From Candidatus Multivoradales bacterium (GTDB lineage: Bacteria > Acidobacteriota > Thermoanaerobaculia > Multivoradales > JAHEKO01), in assembly GCA_965223855.1 (NCBI GenBank), contig CBDCXM010000008.1:224001-288000 (forward strand): a stretch of 64,000 nt of DNA, written 5' to 3'. Below, in pieces: positions 11,584-24,674 of the stretch; positions within the stretch are counted from its first letter, which is position 1, and each line of letters starts with the position of its first letter. The notes below the pieces were generated by a model, which saw only the letters and a list, made by a program, of their open reading frames with translations, was not told the DNA's origin and ran no database searches. Both the position numbers and the translations under genes were made by a program.

Positions 11584-11603
11584 CGTCGGTTACTCCGCCT
11601 TCG

Positions 11604-12197
11604 TCAGCTCTCGGAGCGCGGCCGCCGGAACGGCATGCCGAGCTCTCGCAGCAGGTAGAAGGCCTTCTCGTCGTTGTCGGCCGTCGTGACCATCGTCACG
11701 TTGAGCCCTTTCGGGCTGTTGACCTTGTGGTAGTCGACATCGGGGAAGATCAGGTGATCCTTGATCCCCAGCGTGTAGTTGCCCCGCCCGTCGAAGCTCC
11801 CTGCGGGAACGCCGCGGAAGTCGCGCACCCGAGGCAGTGCCACCGAGATCAGGCGATCGAGGAACTCCCACATCCGGAAGCCTCGCAGGGTGACGCGGCA
11901 GCCGATCGGCATCCCTTCTCTGAGCTTGAACGCCGCGATCGACTTCTTGGCGCGGGTGATCACGGGGCGTTGCCCGGCGAGTTGCGCCAACTCCTCGACC
12001 GCCTCGTCGAGAACCTTGACGTTCTGGGTCGCCTCGCCCATGCCCATGTTGAGGACGATCTTCTCGAGACGTGGAATCGCCATGCTGTTCTCGATGCCGA
12101 ACTCGGTTGCGAGCTTGACGGCGATCTCCGTCTCGTACTGCTGCTTCAGCCTCGGGACGTAGCCCGCCGGCATCGCTGCTGTTTCGGTATTGGCCAT
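11604..12197 (-). CDS. rplE: 50S ribosomal protein L5
   Basis: [29 protein letters not shown]. Confidence 0.98.
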   Translation of the reverse strand: MANTETAAMPAGYVPRLKQQYETEIAVKLATEFGIENSMAIPRLEKIVLNMGMGEATQNVKVLDEAVEELAQLAGQRPVITRAKKSIAAFKLREGMPIGCRVTLRGFRMWEFLDRLISVALPRVRDFRGVPAGSFDGRGNYTLGIKDHLIFPDVDYHKVNSPKGLNVTMVTTADNDEKAFYLLRELGMPFRRPRSES

Positions 12198-12229
12198 CTT
12201 CTACCTCGTTACTTCTGCGTTCCGCCGGC

Positions 12230-12556
12230 TCAGTTCAGGGTGGTGCCGGAGACCTTCGCCACCCGCGCACCGGAACCGTCTTCGAGCCTCTTGCGACCGA
12301 CCCGCGTCGGCCTTCCCGAATCGGGATCGATCAGCTTCAGGTTCGACAGTCGGATCGGCGCCTCGCGCTCGAGCACCCCGCCCTGCACGTTGCGCTGCGG
12401 GTTCGGCCGGGTGTGGCGCTTGATCATGTTGATGCGCTCGACGATCGCAGTGCCGTCGTTCGGGAAGACACGCAACACCTTGCCGCGCGCTCCCTTGTCC
12501 TTGCCGCGAATGACGAGCACTTCGTCGTTCTTCTTGATCTTCGTCTTCTTCATCAC
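12230..12556 (-). CDS. rplX: 50S ribosomal protein L24
   Basis: KOW motif [16 protein letters not shown]; EAPIRLSN. Confidence 0.97.
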   Translation of the reverse strand: MMKKTKIKKNDEVLVIRGKDKGARGKVLRVFPNDGTAIVERINMIKRHTRPNPQRNVQGGVLEREAPIRLSNLKLIDPDSGRPTRVGRKRLEDGSGARVAKVSGTTLN

Positions 12557-12587
12557 TCTCCACCTTGGTCGGGCTGCGATCGCCCGA

Positions 12588-12956
12588 TCAGAGGACCTCC
12601 GGCGCCAGCGAGACGATCTTCATGAACCGCTTCTCGCGCAGCTCGCGGGCGATCGGACCGAAAACGCGGGTGCCGACCGGCTCGCCCGTCTCGTTGATCA
12701 GCACCGCCGAGTTGGTGTCGAAACGGATGTAGCTGCCGTCGCGGCGACGCTGCGCACGCCGGGTGCGGACGATCACGGCGCTCACGACCTGCCCCTTCTT
12801 GACCGTACCCTCGGGCGTCGCCTCCTTCACCGACGCGGTGATCACGTCGCCGAGGCCGCCGTACTGACCGGAGGAGCCACCCTTGAGGTGGATGCAGGCG
12901 ATCTTGCGGGCACCGGAGTTGTCCGCCACGTCGAGCATGCTGCCCATCTGGATCAT
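12588..12956 (-). CDS. rplN: 50S ribosomal protein L14
   Basis: [30 protein letters not shown]. Confidence 0.98.
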   Translation of the reverse strand: MIQMGSMLDVADNSGARKIACIHLKGGSSGQYGGLGDVITASVKEATPEGTVKKGQVVSAVIVRTRRAQRRRDGSYIRFDTNSAVLINETGEPVGTRVFGPIARELREKRFMKIVSLAPEVL

Positions 12957-12960
12957 CGGC

Positions 12961-13236
12961 TCACCCCTCCGCCTTCTGGAGCACCTCGCGCACCCGCCAC
13001 CGCTTGAGCTTCGACAGCGGGCGGGTCGCAACGATCTGGACGCGATCGCCCTCGCGGCAGGTGTTGCCGGCGTCGTGCGCGTGGTAGGTCGAGGTCTTCT
13101 TCATCCGCCGACGGTAGAGCGGGTGGAGCACCACCCTCTCGACCGCGACGACGACGGTCTTGTCCATCTTGTCGCTGACGACCTTGCCCACCAGGGTCTG
13201 CCGTTGCTTGCGCTCGGTCTGGGTCGCTTCACTCAT
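12961..13236 (-). CDS. rpsQ: 30S ribosomal protein S17
   Basis: [21 protein letters not shown]. Confidence 0.98.
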   Translation of the reverse strand: MSEATQTERKQRQTLVGKVVSDKMDKTVVVAVERVVLHPLYRRRMKKTSTYHAHDAGNTCREGDRVQIVATRPLSKLKRWRVREVLQKAEG

Positions 13237-13465
13237 CGTTCGAAGCTCCGGTGGCCTGGGCGCTCGTGGACGCCTTCTCGGCCTTCTTCTCGTTCATCAC
13301 CGTCATCACGCGGGCGAGGTCGCGCCGCACGTTGCCGATCTTGGCCGGATTGTCGAGCTGTCCGGTCACCTTCTGCAGTCGCAACGCGAAGAGCTGCTCC
13401 GCGAGCGCCGTTTCCTTGTCCTGAAGGTCTTCGACCGTCAGGTCTCTGAGTTCGAAAGCTTTCAT
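13229..13465 (-). CDS. rpmC: 50S ribosomal protein L29
   Basis: [23 protein letters not shown]. Confidence 0.96.
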   Translation of the reverse strand: MKAFELRDLTVEDLQDKETALAEQLFALRLQKVTGQLDNPAKIGNVRRDLARVMTVMNEKKAEKASTSAQATGASNDE

Positions 13466-13472
13466 CCCATCC

Positions 13473-13895
<423 letters not shown>

Positions 13896-13926
13896 GATGT
13901 CTTCTCCCCGTGCTTACCGTGCCGGC

Positions 13927-14577
13927 CTACAGACTCACCGGGCGGGTCTTCTCCCGCAGCAGGTCACCCTTGTAGATCCACACCTTGACGCCGATCACGC
14001 CGTAGGTCGTGTGAGCTTCGGTGAAGCCGTAGTCGATGTCCGCCTTGAGGGTGTGGAGCGGCAGACGACCGTCCTGGTACCACTCGGTGCGCGCGATCTC
14101 GTGACCGCCGAGACGACCGGCGATCATGATCTTGGCGCCCTTGGCGCCGAAGCGGAAGGCCGACTCCATCGCCTTGCGCATGGCGCGCCGGAACGCGATC
14201 CGACGGGTGAGCTGATGCGCCACGTTCTGAGCCACCAGCTGGGCATCGAGCTCGGGCCGGCTGATCTCCTGAATGTTGATGTGGACTTCGCGTCCCATCT
14301 GCTTCTGGAGATCGTCGCGCAGCTTGTCGACCTCGGCCCCCTTGCGGCCGATGATGATGCCCGGACGCGAGGTGTAGATCGTCACGCGCAGCTTGTCGGC
14401 AGCGCGCTCGATGTCGACCTCCGAGACCCCGGCGTGCGACAGGCGCTTCTTGAGCCCCTCACGCAGCTCGACGTCCTCCTTGAGGAGCTTCGCGTAGTCC
14501 TTCTCGGCGTACCAGCGCGAGTGCCACGGCTTGTTGTAGACGAGGCGGAAGCCGTACGGATGTGTCTTCTGGCCCAC
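13927..14577 (-). CDS. rpsC: 30S ribosomal protein S3
   Basis: [23 protein letters not shown]. Confidence 0.98.
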   Translation of the reverse strand: MGQKTHPYGFRLVYNKPWHSRWYAEKDYAKLLKEDVELREGLKKRLSHAGVSEVDIERAADKLRVTIYTSRPGIIIGRKGAEVDKLRDDLQKQMGREVHINIQEISRPELDAQLVAQNVAHQLTRRIAFRRAMRKAMESAFRFGAKGAKIMIAGRLGGHEIARTEWYQDGRLPLHTLKADIDYGFTEAHTTYGVIGVKVWIYKGDLLREKTRPVSL

Positions 14578-14578
14578 T

Positions 14579-14935
14579 CTAGTTCTCCTTGCCTTCCGCC
14601 TTGCGGGTATCGAGCTTGATCGTGATGTGGCTCTGCCGCTTGAGGATCCGGAACGCCCGCCCCTGCGGCTGGGGGCGAAGGCGCTTGAGGGTCGGCCCGC
14701 CGTCGACGAAGCACTCCTTGACGTAGAGCCGGTCGATATCGACCTGCTCGTCGCGATCCTCGGCGTTCGCGATCGCCGACTTGAGCAGCTTCTGCACCGG
14801 ACGGGCCGCAGCCTTCTTCGAGAACTGCAGGATGTTGCTCGCCTCCTGCACGTCCTTGCCGCGAATGAGGTCGATCACGAGACGCACCTTCTGCGGCGAC
14901 GCCTGGTGGTAGCGGAGCTTTGCAGTGACTTCCAT
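14579..14935 (-). CDS. rplV: 50S ribosomal protein L22
   Basis: [23 protein letters not shown]. Confidence 0.97.
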   Translation of the reverse strand: MEVTAKLRYHQASPQKVRLVIDLIRGKDVQEASNILQFSKKAAARPVQKLLKSAIANAEDRDEQVDIDRLYVKECFVDGGPTLKRLRPQPQGRAFRILKRQSHITIKLDTRKAEGKEN

Positions 14936-14945
14936 CGCTTCCCTC

Positions 14946-15233
14946 CTAGCGCGCGCGAGCGCCCTTCTCCTTGCGGCCGCCCGAGTGCCCACGGAAGGTG
15001 CGCGTCATGGCGAACTCACCGAGCTTGTGGCCGACCATGTTCTCGGAGACGTACACCGGCACGAAGCGCATGCCGTTGTGGACGGCAATGGTGTGGCCGA
15101 CCATCTCCGGAATGATCGTCGAGCGCCTCGACCAGGTCTTGATGACCCGCTTCTGGCCGCTGTCGTTCATCGCCTCCACCTTGTCCTGCAGGTGGTGGTC
15201 GATGAAGAAACCCTTCTTGAGTGAACGCGACAT
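14946..15233 (-). CDS. rpsS: 30S ribosomal protein S19
   Basis: [16 protein letters not shown]. Confidence 0.98.
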   Translation of the reverse strand: MSRSLKKGFFIDHHLQDKVEAMNDSGQKRVIKTWSRRSTIIPEMVGHTIAVHNGMRFVPVYVSENMVGHKLGEFAMTRTFRGHSGGRKEKGARAR

Positions 15234-15252
15234 GTCTGCCCTGCTTCCTGGC

Positions 15253-16080
15253 TTACTTGCGGTTGCGTCGACGGACGATCATGCCGTCGGTGCGCTTGTT
15301 GTTTCTCGTCTTGTATCCCTTGGTCGGCACGCCCCACGGGGTACACGGATGCCGTCCGCCGGAGCTGCGCCCTTCACCACCGCCCATCGGATGATCGACC
15401 GGGTTCATCGTCACGCCGCGGTTGTGCGGCCGCTTGCCGAGCCAGCGGCTGCGGCCGGCCTTGCCGTCCGAGCGGTTGGAATGATCGGAGTTGCCGAGCC
15501 GGCCGATCGTGGCATAGCAGTTGAGATGAACGCGGCGCTGCTCACCCGAAGGGAGCTTCACCTGGCAGTAGGCGCCCTCCTTGGCCATCAGCTGCGCGCC
15601 GGCGCCGGCGGAGCGAACCATCTGCCCGCCCTTGCCGATCTTGAGCTCGATGTTGTGGATCTGCGTACCGAGCGGGATGGCCGACAGCGGCATCGCATTG
15701 CCGACGTTGACCGGCGCCTCGGGCCCCGAGACGACTTCGTCGCCGACCGAGAGGCCCGACGGCCACAGGATGTAGCGCTTCTCGCCGTCCGCGTAGTGCA
15801 GCAGCGCGATTCGCGCCGAACGGTTGGGGTCGTACTCGATCGAGGCGACCTTCGCCGGCACTCCGTGCTTGTCGCGCCGGAAGTCGACCTCGCGGTAGCG
15901 CCGCTTGTGACCGCCACCACGGAAACGGATCGTGATCCGCCCCTTGTTGTTGCGGCCCGAGATCTTCTTCTTGCCGCTCGTCAGAGGCTTGTGCGGGCTG
16001 GAGGCCGTCACCTCGGCGAAATCCGGCGTCTCCTGAAACCGGCTCGCCGGGTTCGTCGGCTTGCGCTTCTTGATTCCCAT
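15253..16080 (-). CDS. rplB: 50S ribosomal protein L2
   Basis: [25 protein letters not shown]. Confidence 0.98.
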   Translation of the reverse strand: MGIKKRKPTNPASRFQETPDFAEVTASSPHKPLTSGKKKISGRNNKGRITIRFRGGGHKRRYREVDFRRDKHGVPAKVASIEYDPNRSARIALLHYADGEKRYILWPSGLSVGDEVVSGPEAPVNVGNAMPLSAIPLGTQIHNIELKIGKGGQMVRSAGAGAQLMAKEGAYCQVKLPSGEQRRVHLNCYATIGRLGNSDHSNRSDGKAGRSRWLGKRPHNRGVTMNPVDHPMGGGEGRSSGGRHPCTPWGVPTKGYKTRNNKRTDGMIVRRRNRK

Positions 16081-16084
16081 CGCC

Positions 16085-16375
16085 TTACACTCCCTCGAAG
16101 AACTCGATCGTCTTCTCGCCGTCGGCGAGTCGCACGTAGGCCTTCTTCCAGTCCGGCCGGCGCCCGACGTAGCGGCCCTGACGACGGACCTTGCCGTGCA
16201 TCGACGCGATCCGCACGTCCGCGACCTTGACCTTGAACTGCGCCTCGACGGCGCGCTTGACGTCGATCTTGTTGGCCGCTCTCGCCACCTCGAACGCGAC
16301 GATGTTGTTGTCGTCGCGCAGCTCGGTCGACTTCTCGGTAATGAGCGGCCGGCGGATGATCTCCTGAATCCTCAT
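16085..16375 (-). CDS. rplW: 50S ribosomal protein L23
   Basis: [15 protein letters not shown]. Confidence 0.98.
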   Translation of the reverse strand: MRIQEIIRRPLITEKSTELRDDNNIVAFEVARAANKIDVKRAVEAQFKVKVADVRIASMHGKVRRQGRYVGRRPDWKKAYVRLADGEKTIEFFEGV

Positions 16376-16995
16376 TTGGAAAGCACCCCCACGAGGCGAT
16401 CGAGCGCCCCTTCGCTGAAGACGACGCTGGCCCGATCGACGACGTCGTACACGTTGACGGCCAGTGCATCGACCGCCTTGAGACGCGGGTTGTTGCGCGC
16501 CGCCAGCGCCAGGTTGTCGTTGTCGTGACCATCGACGAGGAGCGCCTTGCCGTCGATCCCGAGCGCCTTGAGCGCACGGTCGAGATCACCGGTCTTCGCG
16601 TTCTCGAGCTCGAGCGAGTCGAGCACGACGATTCCCTCGTCGCGGAGCTTGCGGGCGAGCGCCGACTTGAGCGCGTTGCGCTTCTCGCGCGGCGTCAGCT
16701 TGTCGGCCCACGACTTGGGGCGCGGGCCGTGAACGGTACCGCCGGAGCGCCGCAGCGGCGACGTGATGCTGCCGGCGCGGGCACGACCGGTGCCCTTCTG
16801 GCGGTAAAGCTTGCTCCGCGAACCGCGCACTTCACCGCGCTCCTTGGTCTTGGCCGAGCCAGAACGCTGCGCTGCGAGATACGACTGCACCGCCAGGTGC
16901 ACCAAGTGCTCCTTGAACGGATAGTCGAACACCGCCTCGGGCAGGTCGACGTCCTTGACCTTCTGGTTCGACAGGCTCTTGACTGCGATCTTCAT
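16372..16995 (-). CDS. rplD: 50S ribosomal protein L4
   Basis: RQKGTGRARAGS, GGTVHGPRP. Confidence 0.98.
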   Translation of the reverse strand: MKIAVKSLSNQKVKDVDLPEAVFDYPFKEHLVHLAVQSYLAAQRSGSAKTKERGEVRGSRSKLYRQKGTGRARAGSITSPLRRSGGTVHGPRPKSWADKLTPREKRNALKSALARKLRDEGIVVLDSLELENAKTGDLDRALKALGIDGKALLVDGHDNDNLALAARNNPRLKAVDALAVNVYDVVDRASVVFSEGALDRLVGVLSK

Positions 16996-16997
16996 CC

Positions 16998-17627
16998 TCA
17001 GCCTCGCTTCGCCCGACGGATCTTGAGGTAGCCCTGCTTCGGCCCCGGCACCGCGCCGCGAACGAACAGGAGGTTGCGGTCCTCGTCGACCTTGACGATG
17101 CGCAGGTTCTTGACCGTGACCCGCTTGTTGCCGGTCTGGCCGGGCATCCGGGTGCCGGGGAAGACGCGCGACGGATCCGACGCCTGGCCGATCGAGCCCG
17201 GGGCGCGATGAAACATCGAGCCGTGGGTCGCGCGACCGCCGCCGAAGCCGTGGCGCTTCATCACGCCCTGGAACCCCTTACCCTTGCTCGTTCCGATGAC
17301 GTCGACGTAGTCGTCGACCTCGAACAACGAGCAGCGAACCTCGTCGCCCGGCTTCCACTCCGCCTCGGGGTCGATCTCGAACTCGTTGATCTTCCGCGTC
17401 GGGGTGGCGTTGTGGGCCTTGAAGTGGCCGTTCATCGGCTGGTTGACGTGCCTGGGGGCGCGCTCCTCGACGAGCCCGAGCTGGACGGAGTCGTACCCGT
17501 CCTTCTCGGCCGCCTTGCGCTGCACCACCAGGCAGGGGCCGGCCTGGATGACCGTCACGGGGACGGCGGCGCCGTCGTCCGTGAAGATCTGGGTCATCCC
17601 GACCTTCTTGCCTAGCAAGCCTTCCAT
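16998..17627 (-). CDS. rplC: 50S ribosomal protein L3
   Basis: [23 protein letters not shown]. Confidence 0.98.
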   Translation of the reverse strand: MEGLLGKKVGMTQIFTDDGAAVPVTVIQAGPCLVVQRKAAEKDGYDSVQLGLVEERAPRHVNQPMNGHFKAHNATPTRKINEFEIDPEAEWKPGDEVRCSLFEVDDYVDVIGTSKGKGFQGVMKRHGFGGGRATHGSMFHRAPGSIGQASDPSRVFPGTRMPGQTGNKRVTVKNLRIVKVDEDRNLLFVRGAVPGPKQGYLKIRRAKRG

Positions 17628-17640
17628 GTCCTCGGGACCT

Positions 17641-17958
17641 CTACTTTCCGAAAGCCTTGATCTCGACATCGACGCCCGCGGGAAGCTCGAGCTTCATCAG
17701 GGCGTCCACGGTCTGCGTGGTCGGCTCGAAGATGTCGAGCAACCGCTTGTGCGTCCGGATCTCGAACTGCTCCCGCGACTTCTTGTCGATGTGCGGGCCG
17801 CGGTTCACCGTGTAGCGCGAGATGTGCGTCGGCAGCGGAATCGGGCCGACAACCCTCGCCCCGGTACGGCGCGCGGTGTCGACGATCTCGTTCGTCGACG
17901 TGTCGAGCACGCGATAGTCGTACGCCTTGAGGCGGATGCGAATCTTCTCGTTGACCAT
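17641..17958 (-). CDS. rpsJ: 30S ribosomal protein S10
   Basis: [23 protein letters not shown]. Confidence 0.98.
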   Translation of the reverse strand: MVNEKIRIRLKAYDYRVLDTSTNEIVDTARRTGARVVGPIPLPTHISRYTVNRGPHIDKKSREQFEIRTHKRLLDIFEPTTQTVDALMKLELPAGVDVEIKAFGK

Positions 17959-17987
17959 GACCGTCGTCTTTCTCCAGCGACTGCGAA

Positions 17988-19178
<1,191 letters not shown>

Positions 19179-19207
19179 GATTCCTCCAGAAACTCCGTCC
19201 TACGAGC

Positions 19208-21280
19208 TCAGCCCGCCGCCTTGGCGACGACCTCCTCGCTGACTGCCTTGGGTGCCTGCTCGTAGTTCGCAAACTGCATGGTGTAGTTGGCCCGACCCTG
19301 GGTGATTGAACGCAGGTCGGTGGCGTAGCCGAACATCTCCGAAAGAGGCACCGAGCAGGTGACGACCTGCGCATTGCCCCGTGCTTCCATCTGCTGCACA
19401 CGGCCGCGTCGCGACGTGATGTCGCCGATGACGTCGCCCATGTACTCCTCGGGAGTGACGACTTCGACGTCCATCACCGGCTCGAGGAGCACCGCCCCCG
19501 CGGGACCGCAGGCGTTCTTGAACGCCATCGAGCCGGCGACCTTGAATGCCATCTCCGAGGAGTCGACGTCATGGAACGAGCCGTCGTAGAGATCGATCTC
19601 GATGTTCGACATCGGGTAGCCGGCCAGCGGGCCGGTCTCCATCGCCTCGCGAATCCCCTGCTCAACCGGCTTGATGAACTCGCGCGGGATGACGCCGCCC
19701 TTGATCATGTCGTTGAAGACGAACTCTTCCTCGCTCGGGCGGACGCGGATCTTGCAGTGACCGAACTGACCGCGGCCGCCGCTCTGGCGGACGAAACGGC
19801 CCTCCGCCTCGGCTTCGCGGGTGATCGCCTCCTTGTAGGCGACCTGAGGACGGCCGATGTTCGCGCCGACCTTGAACTCGCGCAGCAGGCGATCGGTGAT
19901 GATCTCGAGGTGCAGCTCGCCCATGCCCGAGATCAGCGTCTGCGCCGTGTCCGGGTCGGTGTGCACGCGGAAGGTCGGATCCTCCTGCTGCAGCTTGGCG
20001 AGCGCGACCGAGAGCTTCTCCTGGTCCGCCTTGGTCTTGGGCTCGATCGACACCGCGATCACCGGCTCCGGAAAGCTCATCGACTCGAGCACGACCGGCG
20101 CCTTGGGATCACAGATGGTGTCGCCCGTCGTCACGCCCTTGAGGCCGACCGCCGCGGCGATGTCGCCGGCGCGGACCGCTTCGATCTCTTCGCGCTTGTC
20201 GGCGTGCATCTTCAGCAGACGACCGACGCGCTCGTTCTTGCCGCGGGTGGTGTTGAGCACCGAACCGCCGGCCTCGACGACGCCCGAATAGACCCGGAAG
20301 TAGGCCAGGTGGCCGACGAACGGATCGCTCATGATCTTGAAGACCAGGGCCGAGAACGGCTCGTCGTCCGAAGCGGGCCGCTCGGCCGGCTCGTCGTTGT
20401 CGGGGTTGACTCCCTGAATCGCCGGCACGTCGATCGGCGACGGAAGGAAGTGCACCACCGCGTCGAGCAGCGGCTGCACGCCCTTGTTCTTGAAGGCGCT
20501 ACCGCACAGCACCGGCTGGAGCTGGCTCGAGATCGTCGCCCGGCGCAACGCCTGGATCAGCTCGTCGTTGGTGACCTCGTCACCGGAGAGGTACTTCTCG
20601 AGCAGCGCGTCGTCGGTCTCGGCGATCGCCTCGACCATCTCCTCGCGCGCCTTGAGCGCCGCATCGGCGAGCTCGGCGGGAATCTCCACCGTCTCGTAGT
20701 CGGCGCCGAGGCTCTCGTCCTTGTAGGCGATCGCCTCCATCGCCACCAGATCGATGATCCCCTGGAGATGATCCTCTTTGCCCCACGGGAGCTGCACGAC
20801 CACCGGCGACGCGCCGAGTCGCGACCGCATCATCGACACGCAGCGCTCGAAGTCGGCGCCGGTGCGATCCATCTTGTTGACGAACGCGATCCGCGGCACC
20901 GAGTACTTGTCGGCCTGACGCCAGACGGTCTCGGACTGCGGCTCGACGCCGGCGACCGCGTCGAACACGGCGACCGCGCCGTCGAGGACGCGCAGCGAGC
21001 GCTCCACCTCGGCAGTGAAGTCGACGTGACCGGGAGTGTCGATGATGTTGATCCGGATGTCGTTCCAGAAGCAGGTCGTCGCAGCGGCGGTGATGGTGAT
21101 GCCGCGCTCCTGCTCCTGCACCATCCAGTCCATGGTGGCGGTGCCTTCGTGCACCTCACCGATCTTGTAGCTCACTCCGGTGTAGTAGAGGATCCGCTCG
21201 GTCGTGGTCGTCTTCCCGGCATCGATGTGCGCCATGATGCCGATGTTGCGGATCTTCTCTAGGGGTACTTGCCTGGCCAT
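19208..21280 (-). CDS. fusA: Elongation factor G
   Basis: [25 protein letters not shown]. Confidence 0.99.
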   Translation of the reverse strand: MARQVPLEKIRNIGIMAHIDAGKTTTTERILYYTGVSYKIGEVHEGTATMDWMVQEQERGITITAAATTCFWNDIRINIIDTPGHVDFTAEVERSLRVLDGAVAVFDAVAGVEPQSETVWRQADKYSVPRIAFVNKMDRTGADFERCVSMMRSRLGASPVVVQLPWGKEDHLQGIIDLVAMEAIAYKDESLGADYETVEIPAELADAALKAREEMVEAIAETDDALLEKYLSGDEVTNDELIQALRRATISSQLQPVLCGSAFKNKGVQPLLDAVVHFLPSPIDVPAIQGVNPDNDEPAERPASDDEPFSALVFKIMSDPFVGHLAYFRVYSGVVEAGGSVLNTTRGKNERVGRLLKMHADKREEIEAVRAGDIAAAVGLKGVTTGDTICDPKAPVVLESMSFPEPVIAVSIEPKTKADQEKLSVALAKLQQEDPTFRVHTDPDTAQTLISGMGELHLEIITDRLLREFKVGANIGRPQVAYKEAITREAEAEGRFVRQSGGRGQFGHCKIRVRPSEEEFVFNDMIKGGVIPREFIKPVEQGIREAMETGPLAGYPMSNIEIDLYDGSFHDVDSSEMAFKVAGSMAFKNACGPAGAVLLEPVMDVEVVTPEEYMGDVIGDITSRRGRVQQMEARGNAQVVTCSVPLSEMFGYATDLRSITQGRANYTMQFANYEQAPKAVSEEVVAKAAG

Positions 21281-21419
21281 TTGTCTCGTCTCTTCTTCGT
21301 TCGCTCAAAGCCCCGGAGGGCGGCCCCGAGGGGCAGAACAGCGACAGCGGGCGGCCCGCTGTCGCTGAGCACTTCAACCGGCTTGCGCGCTCGCGAGCGC
21401 GCGATGAGTCCGGTGCCGA

Positions 21420-21890
21420 CTACCAGCGGTAGTGGGCGAATGCCTTGTTGGCATCGGCCATACGGTGGGTATCCTCACGCTTCTTCATGGCTGCGCCGCG
21501 GCGCTCCGCGGCATCCATCAGCTCGCCGGCGAGCTTCTGGCGCATCGTCTTCTCACTGCGACTCTTGGCGGCGGCGATCAGCCAGCGGAACGACAGCGCC
21601 AGCCGTCGCCCGGGCCGCACCTCGACCGGCACCTGATAGGTCGAACCGCCGACGCGACGCGACTTGACCTCGACCGCCGGCTTCACGTTCTCGATCGCCT
21701 GCTTGAAGATCACCATCGGGTCGTCGCCCTTCTTCTCGCGGATCTCCTCGAGCGCGTCATAGAGGATGCGCTCGGCGACCGTCTTCTTCCCGTCCTTCAT
21801 GACGACGTTGATGAATTTCGTCAGGAGCTGCGAGTTGTAGACCGGATCCGGCAGGATCTCTCGCTTCTGGGCCTTGATTCGTCTCGACAT
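21420..21890 (-). CDS. rpsG: 30S ribosomal protein S7
   Basis: [25 protein letters not shown]. Confidence 0.98.
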   Translation of the reverse strand: MSRRIKAQKREILPDPVYNSQLLTKFINVVMKDGKKTVAERILYDALEEIREKKGDDPMVIFKQAIENVKPAVEVKSRRVGGSTYQVPVEVRPGRRLALSFRWLIAAAKSRSEKTMRQKLAGELMDAAERRGAAMKKREDTHRMADANKAFAHYRW

Positions 21891-21917
21891 CGGTCTGCCT
21901 TCTCTCTACCTGTCCCG

Positions 21918-22295
21918 CTACTGGGCCTTGGGGCGCTTGGCGCCGTACTTGGACCGGCTCTGCCGCCGCGCCTCGACACCGACGGCGTCGAGCGTTCCGC
22001 GAACGACGTGATACCGCACCCCGGGAAGGTCCTTCACACGACCGCCGCGGATGAGCACGATCGAGTGCTCCTGCAGGTTGTGGCCCACCCCGGGAATGTA
22101 GGTCGTCACCTCGATGCCGTTGGTGAGGCGGACGCGGGCGACCTTGCGGAGCGCCGAGTTCGGCTTCTTCGGCGTCTGGGTGTAAACGCGTACGCACACG
22201 CCACGCTTCTGCGGTGACGCCTGCAGAGCAGGACTCTTCGTCTTCGAGACGAGCTTCTTGCGCCCCTTGCGGACGAGCTGATGAATGGTTGGCAT
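21918..22295 (-). CDS. rpsL: 30S ribosomal protein S12
   Basis: [28 protein letters not shown]. Confidence 0.98.
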   Translation of the reverse strand: MPTIHQLVRKGRKKLVSKTKSPALQASPQKRGVCVRVYTQTPKKPNSALRKVARVRLTNGIEVTTYIPGVGHNLQEHSIVLIRGGRVKDLPGVRYHVVRGTLDAVGVEARRQSRSKYGAKRPKAQ

Positions 22296-22362
22296 CCGGT
22301 GACTCCTGGTTCTTCTGAATCGCGCAGTCGTGCCTGCAGAACGTCGAGGTTGCTCCGCCGGC

Positions 22363-22404
22363 AAAAAAAACAAACCCCTGCCCCCGACGGGCTACTGAGG
22401 TTTG
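22363..22404 (-). terminator. Terminator-like hairpin with T8 tract inside the rpsL leader
   Basis: Minus strand CAAACCTCAGTAGCCC-GTC-GGGGGCAGGGGTTTG followed by TTTTTTTT. Confidence 0.6.
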
Positions 22405-22469
22405 TCTGTAATTGATGGGAGCCCAGGCGGGTCCTCTACCTCTGGAGGACCACTAGGCGGAACCGGCGA

Positions 22470-22499
22470 ATAGTACTCAAGCGCCGGACGCCGCGTCAA
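22470..22499 (-). promoter_or_regulatory. Sigma70-type promoter for the str operon
   Basis: TTGACG-N18-TACTAT upstream of rpsL. Confidence 0.65.
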
Positions 22500-22503
22500 C
22501 CCC

Positions 22504-24612
22504 TCAGGGTACGTCGACTGCCCCGTCCCCTGGGCGCGTTTCCGGGTCGGCTGTCCGCGCCCGACCGCGAAGACGCCAACGCTCGAGCACTGCGACCGCC
22601 CTGTCGGAGGCGAGTTCCGGCGGACCGGTGATCTCCCAGGCGAGTGGAGCCCCCGCCTCGAATCCACTCCCGGGTTCGAGCTTGTCCGTCAGGAACTCGA
22701 GGTCTCCGGCATGAACCGCCCCGGCGTACATCGGCCGCGACTGCCCCTCCACCCTCAAGGATGCGGCAGGAGCGCCTCCCACGGCCGGCAGAGCGATCCG
22801 AATCGACAGCGCCTCGTCCGAAGGACCGATGGCATCGGCAGCCAGGCGCCGGCAGACCAGCCCCTCCTCCAGCTCCCTCTCGGCGATGCAACGCTCCCAC
22901 CGGAGCGGTTCCGGAGCAGCGAGCTTGCGGCGAGGCCTGCGGACAGCCAGCAGTGAAGGCCCGCGGTGGCGAAAGGGTGCCGGCTCGAAGGTCGCCCGCA
23001 GCTCCTCCCGGAAGCGATGGACGCGACGCTCGAGATCGGTCTCCGACCCGGCACCGGGGCTCTGATCCTCCGACCGGCGATCCTCCGACCGGCGATCCTC
23101 GGCCCACAGCCACACCTCGCCGTCGAGCCGATCGAGCCACTCCCTGTCGGAGGTCAAGTAGCCGGCGACCTCGACCAGGGCGCTGCTGCCGTCGGCGAAG
23201 CGCTCGTGTCCGAACCAGGCCGGCCGACCGATCGCGTGCCGCTCGACGGCCACCAGACGACCCTCCGGCGAGAGAAGCCCCTTCTCCAGGAAGCGAACCG
23301 CAGCGTCGAGCGTCGTCGGGATAACACTGTTGTAGGCGTAGCCGACGCCTCGCCAGGCGAGTGGGATGACGAGCAGCAAGGCGGCGCTCGCGACAAGAGG
23401 AGCGCGAGCGCCCGTCAGGCGGCGCGAAGCCGCTCGTAAGCCCTCTATGACCGGCGCCGCCACCAGGAGGCACGCCACCGGAACCAGCGGCAGGAAGTTG
23501 TTCGGTTTGAAGTAGGCGGTGGTCCAGGCGTAGCTCCCTGTCCAGATGAGCGGCAGGCTCAGCAGCAAGGCGGTCGCCGCTCCTGACCGCAGGCCGGGGA
23601 AGCCGCGCACGAGCGCCACGACGACGCCGAGCGTCATCGCCAGACCGGCGGCACCGCCGATGGCGATGCCGAGCGTGAAGTCGTCGCGCAGGAACTCGAG
23701 GACCCTTGCCGGCAAGGCGAGCTTCGTCATTCCAGCGAGCTCGGCGCGACCGGCATAGTCCCGGCCGAGGCTGCCGAGCCAGTTGAGATAGCTCCTCCAG
23801 TAGGGGTTGAGCGCGACGAAGAAGGCGCAGCTCGAGACTGCGGCGATCCCGAGACCGAAGATCGTCCTCCACGGCCGCTCCCCGCTGCGAGCGGCCGTCA
23901 GCGCCGCGACGAACGCGGCCGCGGCGACCGAGACCGCTACGGCCGCCCCCGTGAGCTTGCTGCTCATCGCCAGCGCAATCCCCAACCCGACGAGCACCCA
24001 TCGGCCGGGTCTGAGTGCTCGACCGCCGCGGCTGCGAGGCTCCGGCGGCTCCAGAGCCCGTGCCGCCCACAGCAGGGCGAGGAGCACCATCGCGGTCAAC
24101 TGCGCGTCCGGCTTGAAGTAGCCGGAAGCGTGCACGTGCCACGGGACGAAGGCGAGCCACCCGGCCGCCAGCAGCCCGACCTCGGGCGAGGCGACCCTGC
24201 GCGCCAGGAGATAGACGAGCCACAGCGCCAGGGCGCCGTAGAGACACTGCAGCCAGCGGCAGAGCAGGTAGGTCGCGGGAGCCGAGCGCCCCGGGCCCTT
24301 CGCCGTCCGCAGGCTCTCGAAGCCGGTGATTCGATGGAGCGCGTCGCTCGCCATCACCAGGAGCGCCGGCGGCACGTTGAACAGCGGGTACGGGTAGTAG
24401 GTGCTCGCCGGCTCGAGGGTGCCCAGCGCAACGATCGAGCGCACGTTGCGGAGGCTGAAGCGTTCGTCCTCGAAACGGCCGTGGCGCGGGCCGTAGCTGG
24501 CGAAGAAGAGCCGCAGGGCGAGGCCGGCGAGCACGATCGTCACCAGGACGACCCGATGCCAACGCCGATCCGGCGCCACGGTCGGCACCTCGGTTGTCGA
24601 ACTCATGCCCAT
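22504..24612 (-). CDS. GT-C membrane glycosyltransferase (ArnT/PMT, GT39/GT83-like) with extracytoplasmic C-terminal region
   Basis: First TM ends GLALRL, followed by acidic FEDE loop and YYPYPLF; KPDA; GLGIALAMSSK; many TM helices. Confidence 0.75.
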   Translation of the reverse strand: MGMSSTTEVPTVAPDRRWHRVVLVTIVLAGLALRLFFASYGPRHGRFEDERFSLRNVRSIVALGTLEPASTYYPYPLFNVPPALLVMASDALHRITGFESLRTAKGPGRSAPATYLLCRWLQCLYGALALWLVYLLARRVASPEVGLLAAGWLAFVPWHVHASGYFKPDAQLTAMVLLALLWAARALEPPEPRSRGGRALRPGRWVLVGLGIALAMSSKLTGAAVAVSVAAAAFVAALTAARSGERPWRTIFGLGIAAVSSCAFFVALNPYWRSYLNWLGSLGRDYAGRAELAGMTKLALPARVLEFLRDDFTLGIAIGGAAGLAMTLGVVVALVRGFPGLRSGAATALLLSLPLIWTGSYAWTTAYFKPNNFLPLVPVACLLVAAPVIEGLRAASRRLTGARAPLVASAALLLVIPLAWRGVGYAYNSVIPTTLDAAVRFLEKGLLSPEGRLVAVERHAIGRPAWFGHERFADGSSALVEVAGYLTSDREWLDRLDGEVWLWAEDRRSEDRRSEDQSPGAGSETDLERRVHRFREELRATFEPAPFRHRGPSLLAVRRPRRKLAAPEPLRWERCIAERELEEGLVCRRLAADAIGPSDEALSIRIALPAVGGAPAASLRVEGQSRPMYAGAVHAGDLEFLTDKLEPGSGFEAGAPLAWEITGPPELASDRAVAVLERWRLRGRARTADPETRPGDGAVDVP

Positions 24613-24674
24613 GCGGCGGCCAGTCTAAGCCCGTTGCAGGCGTGCGCCTCCCGGCGATCTCCTAGAATCCGCTC

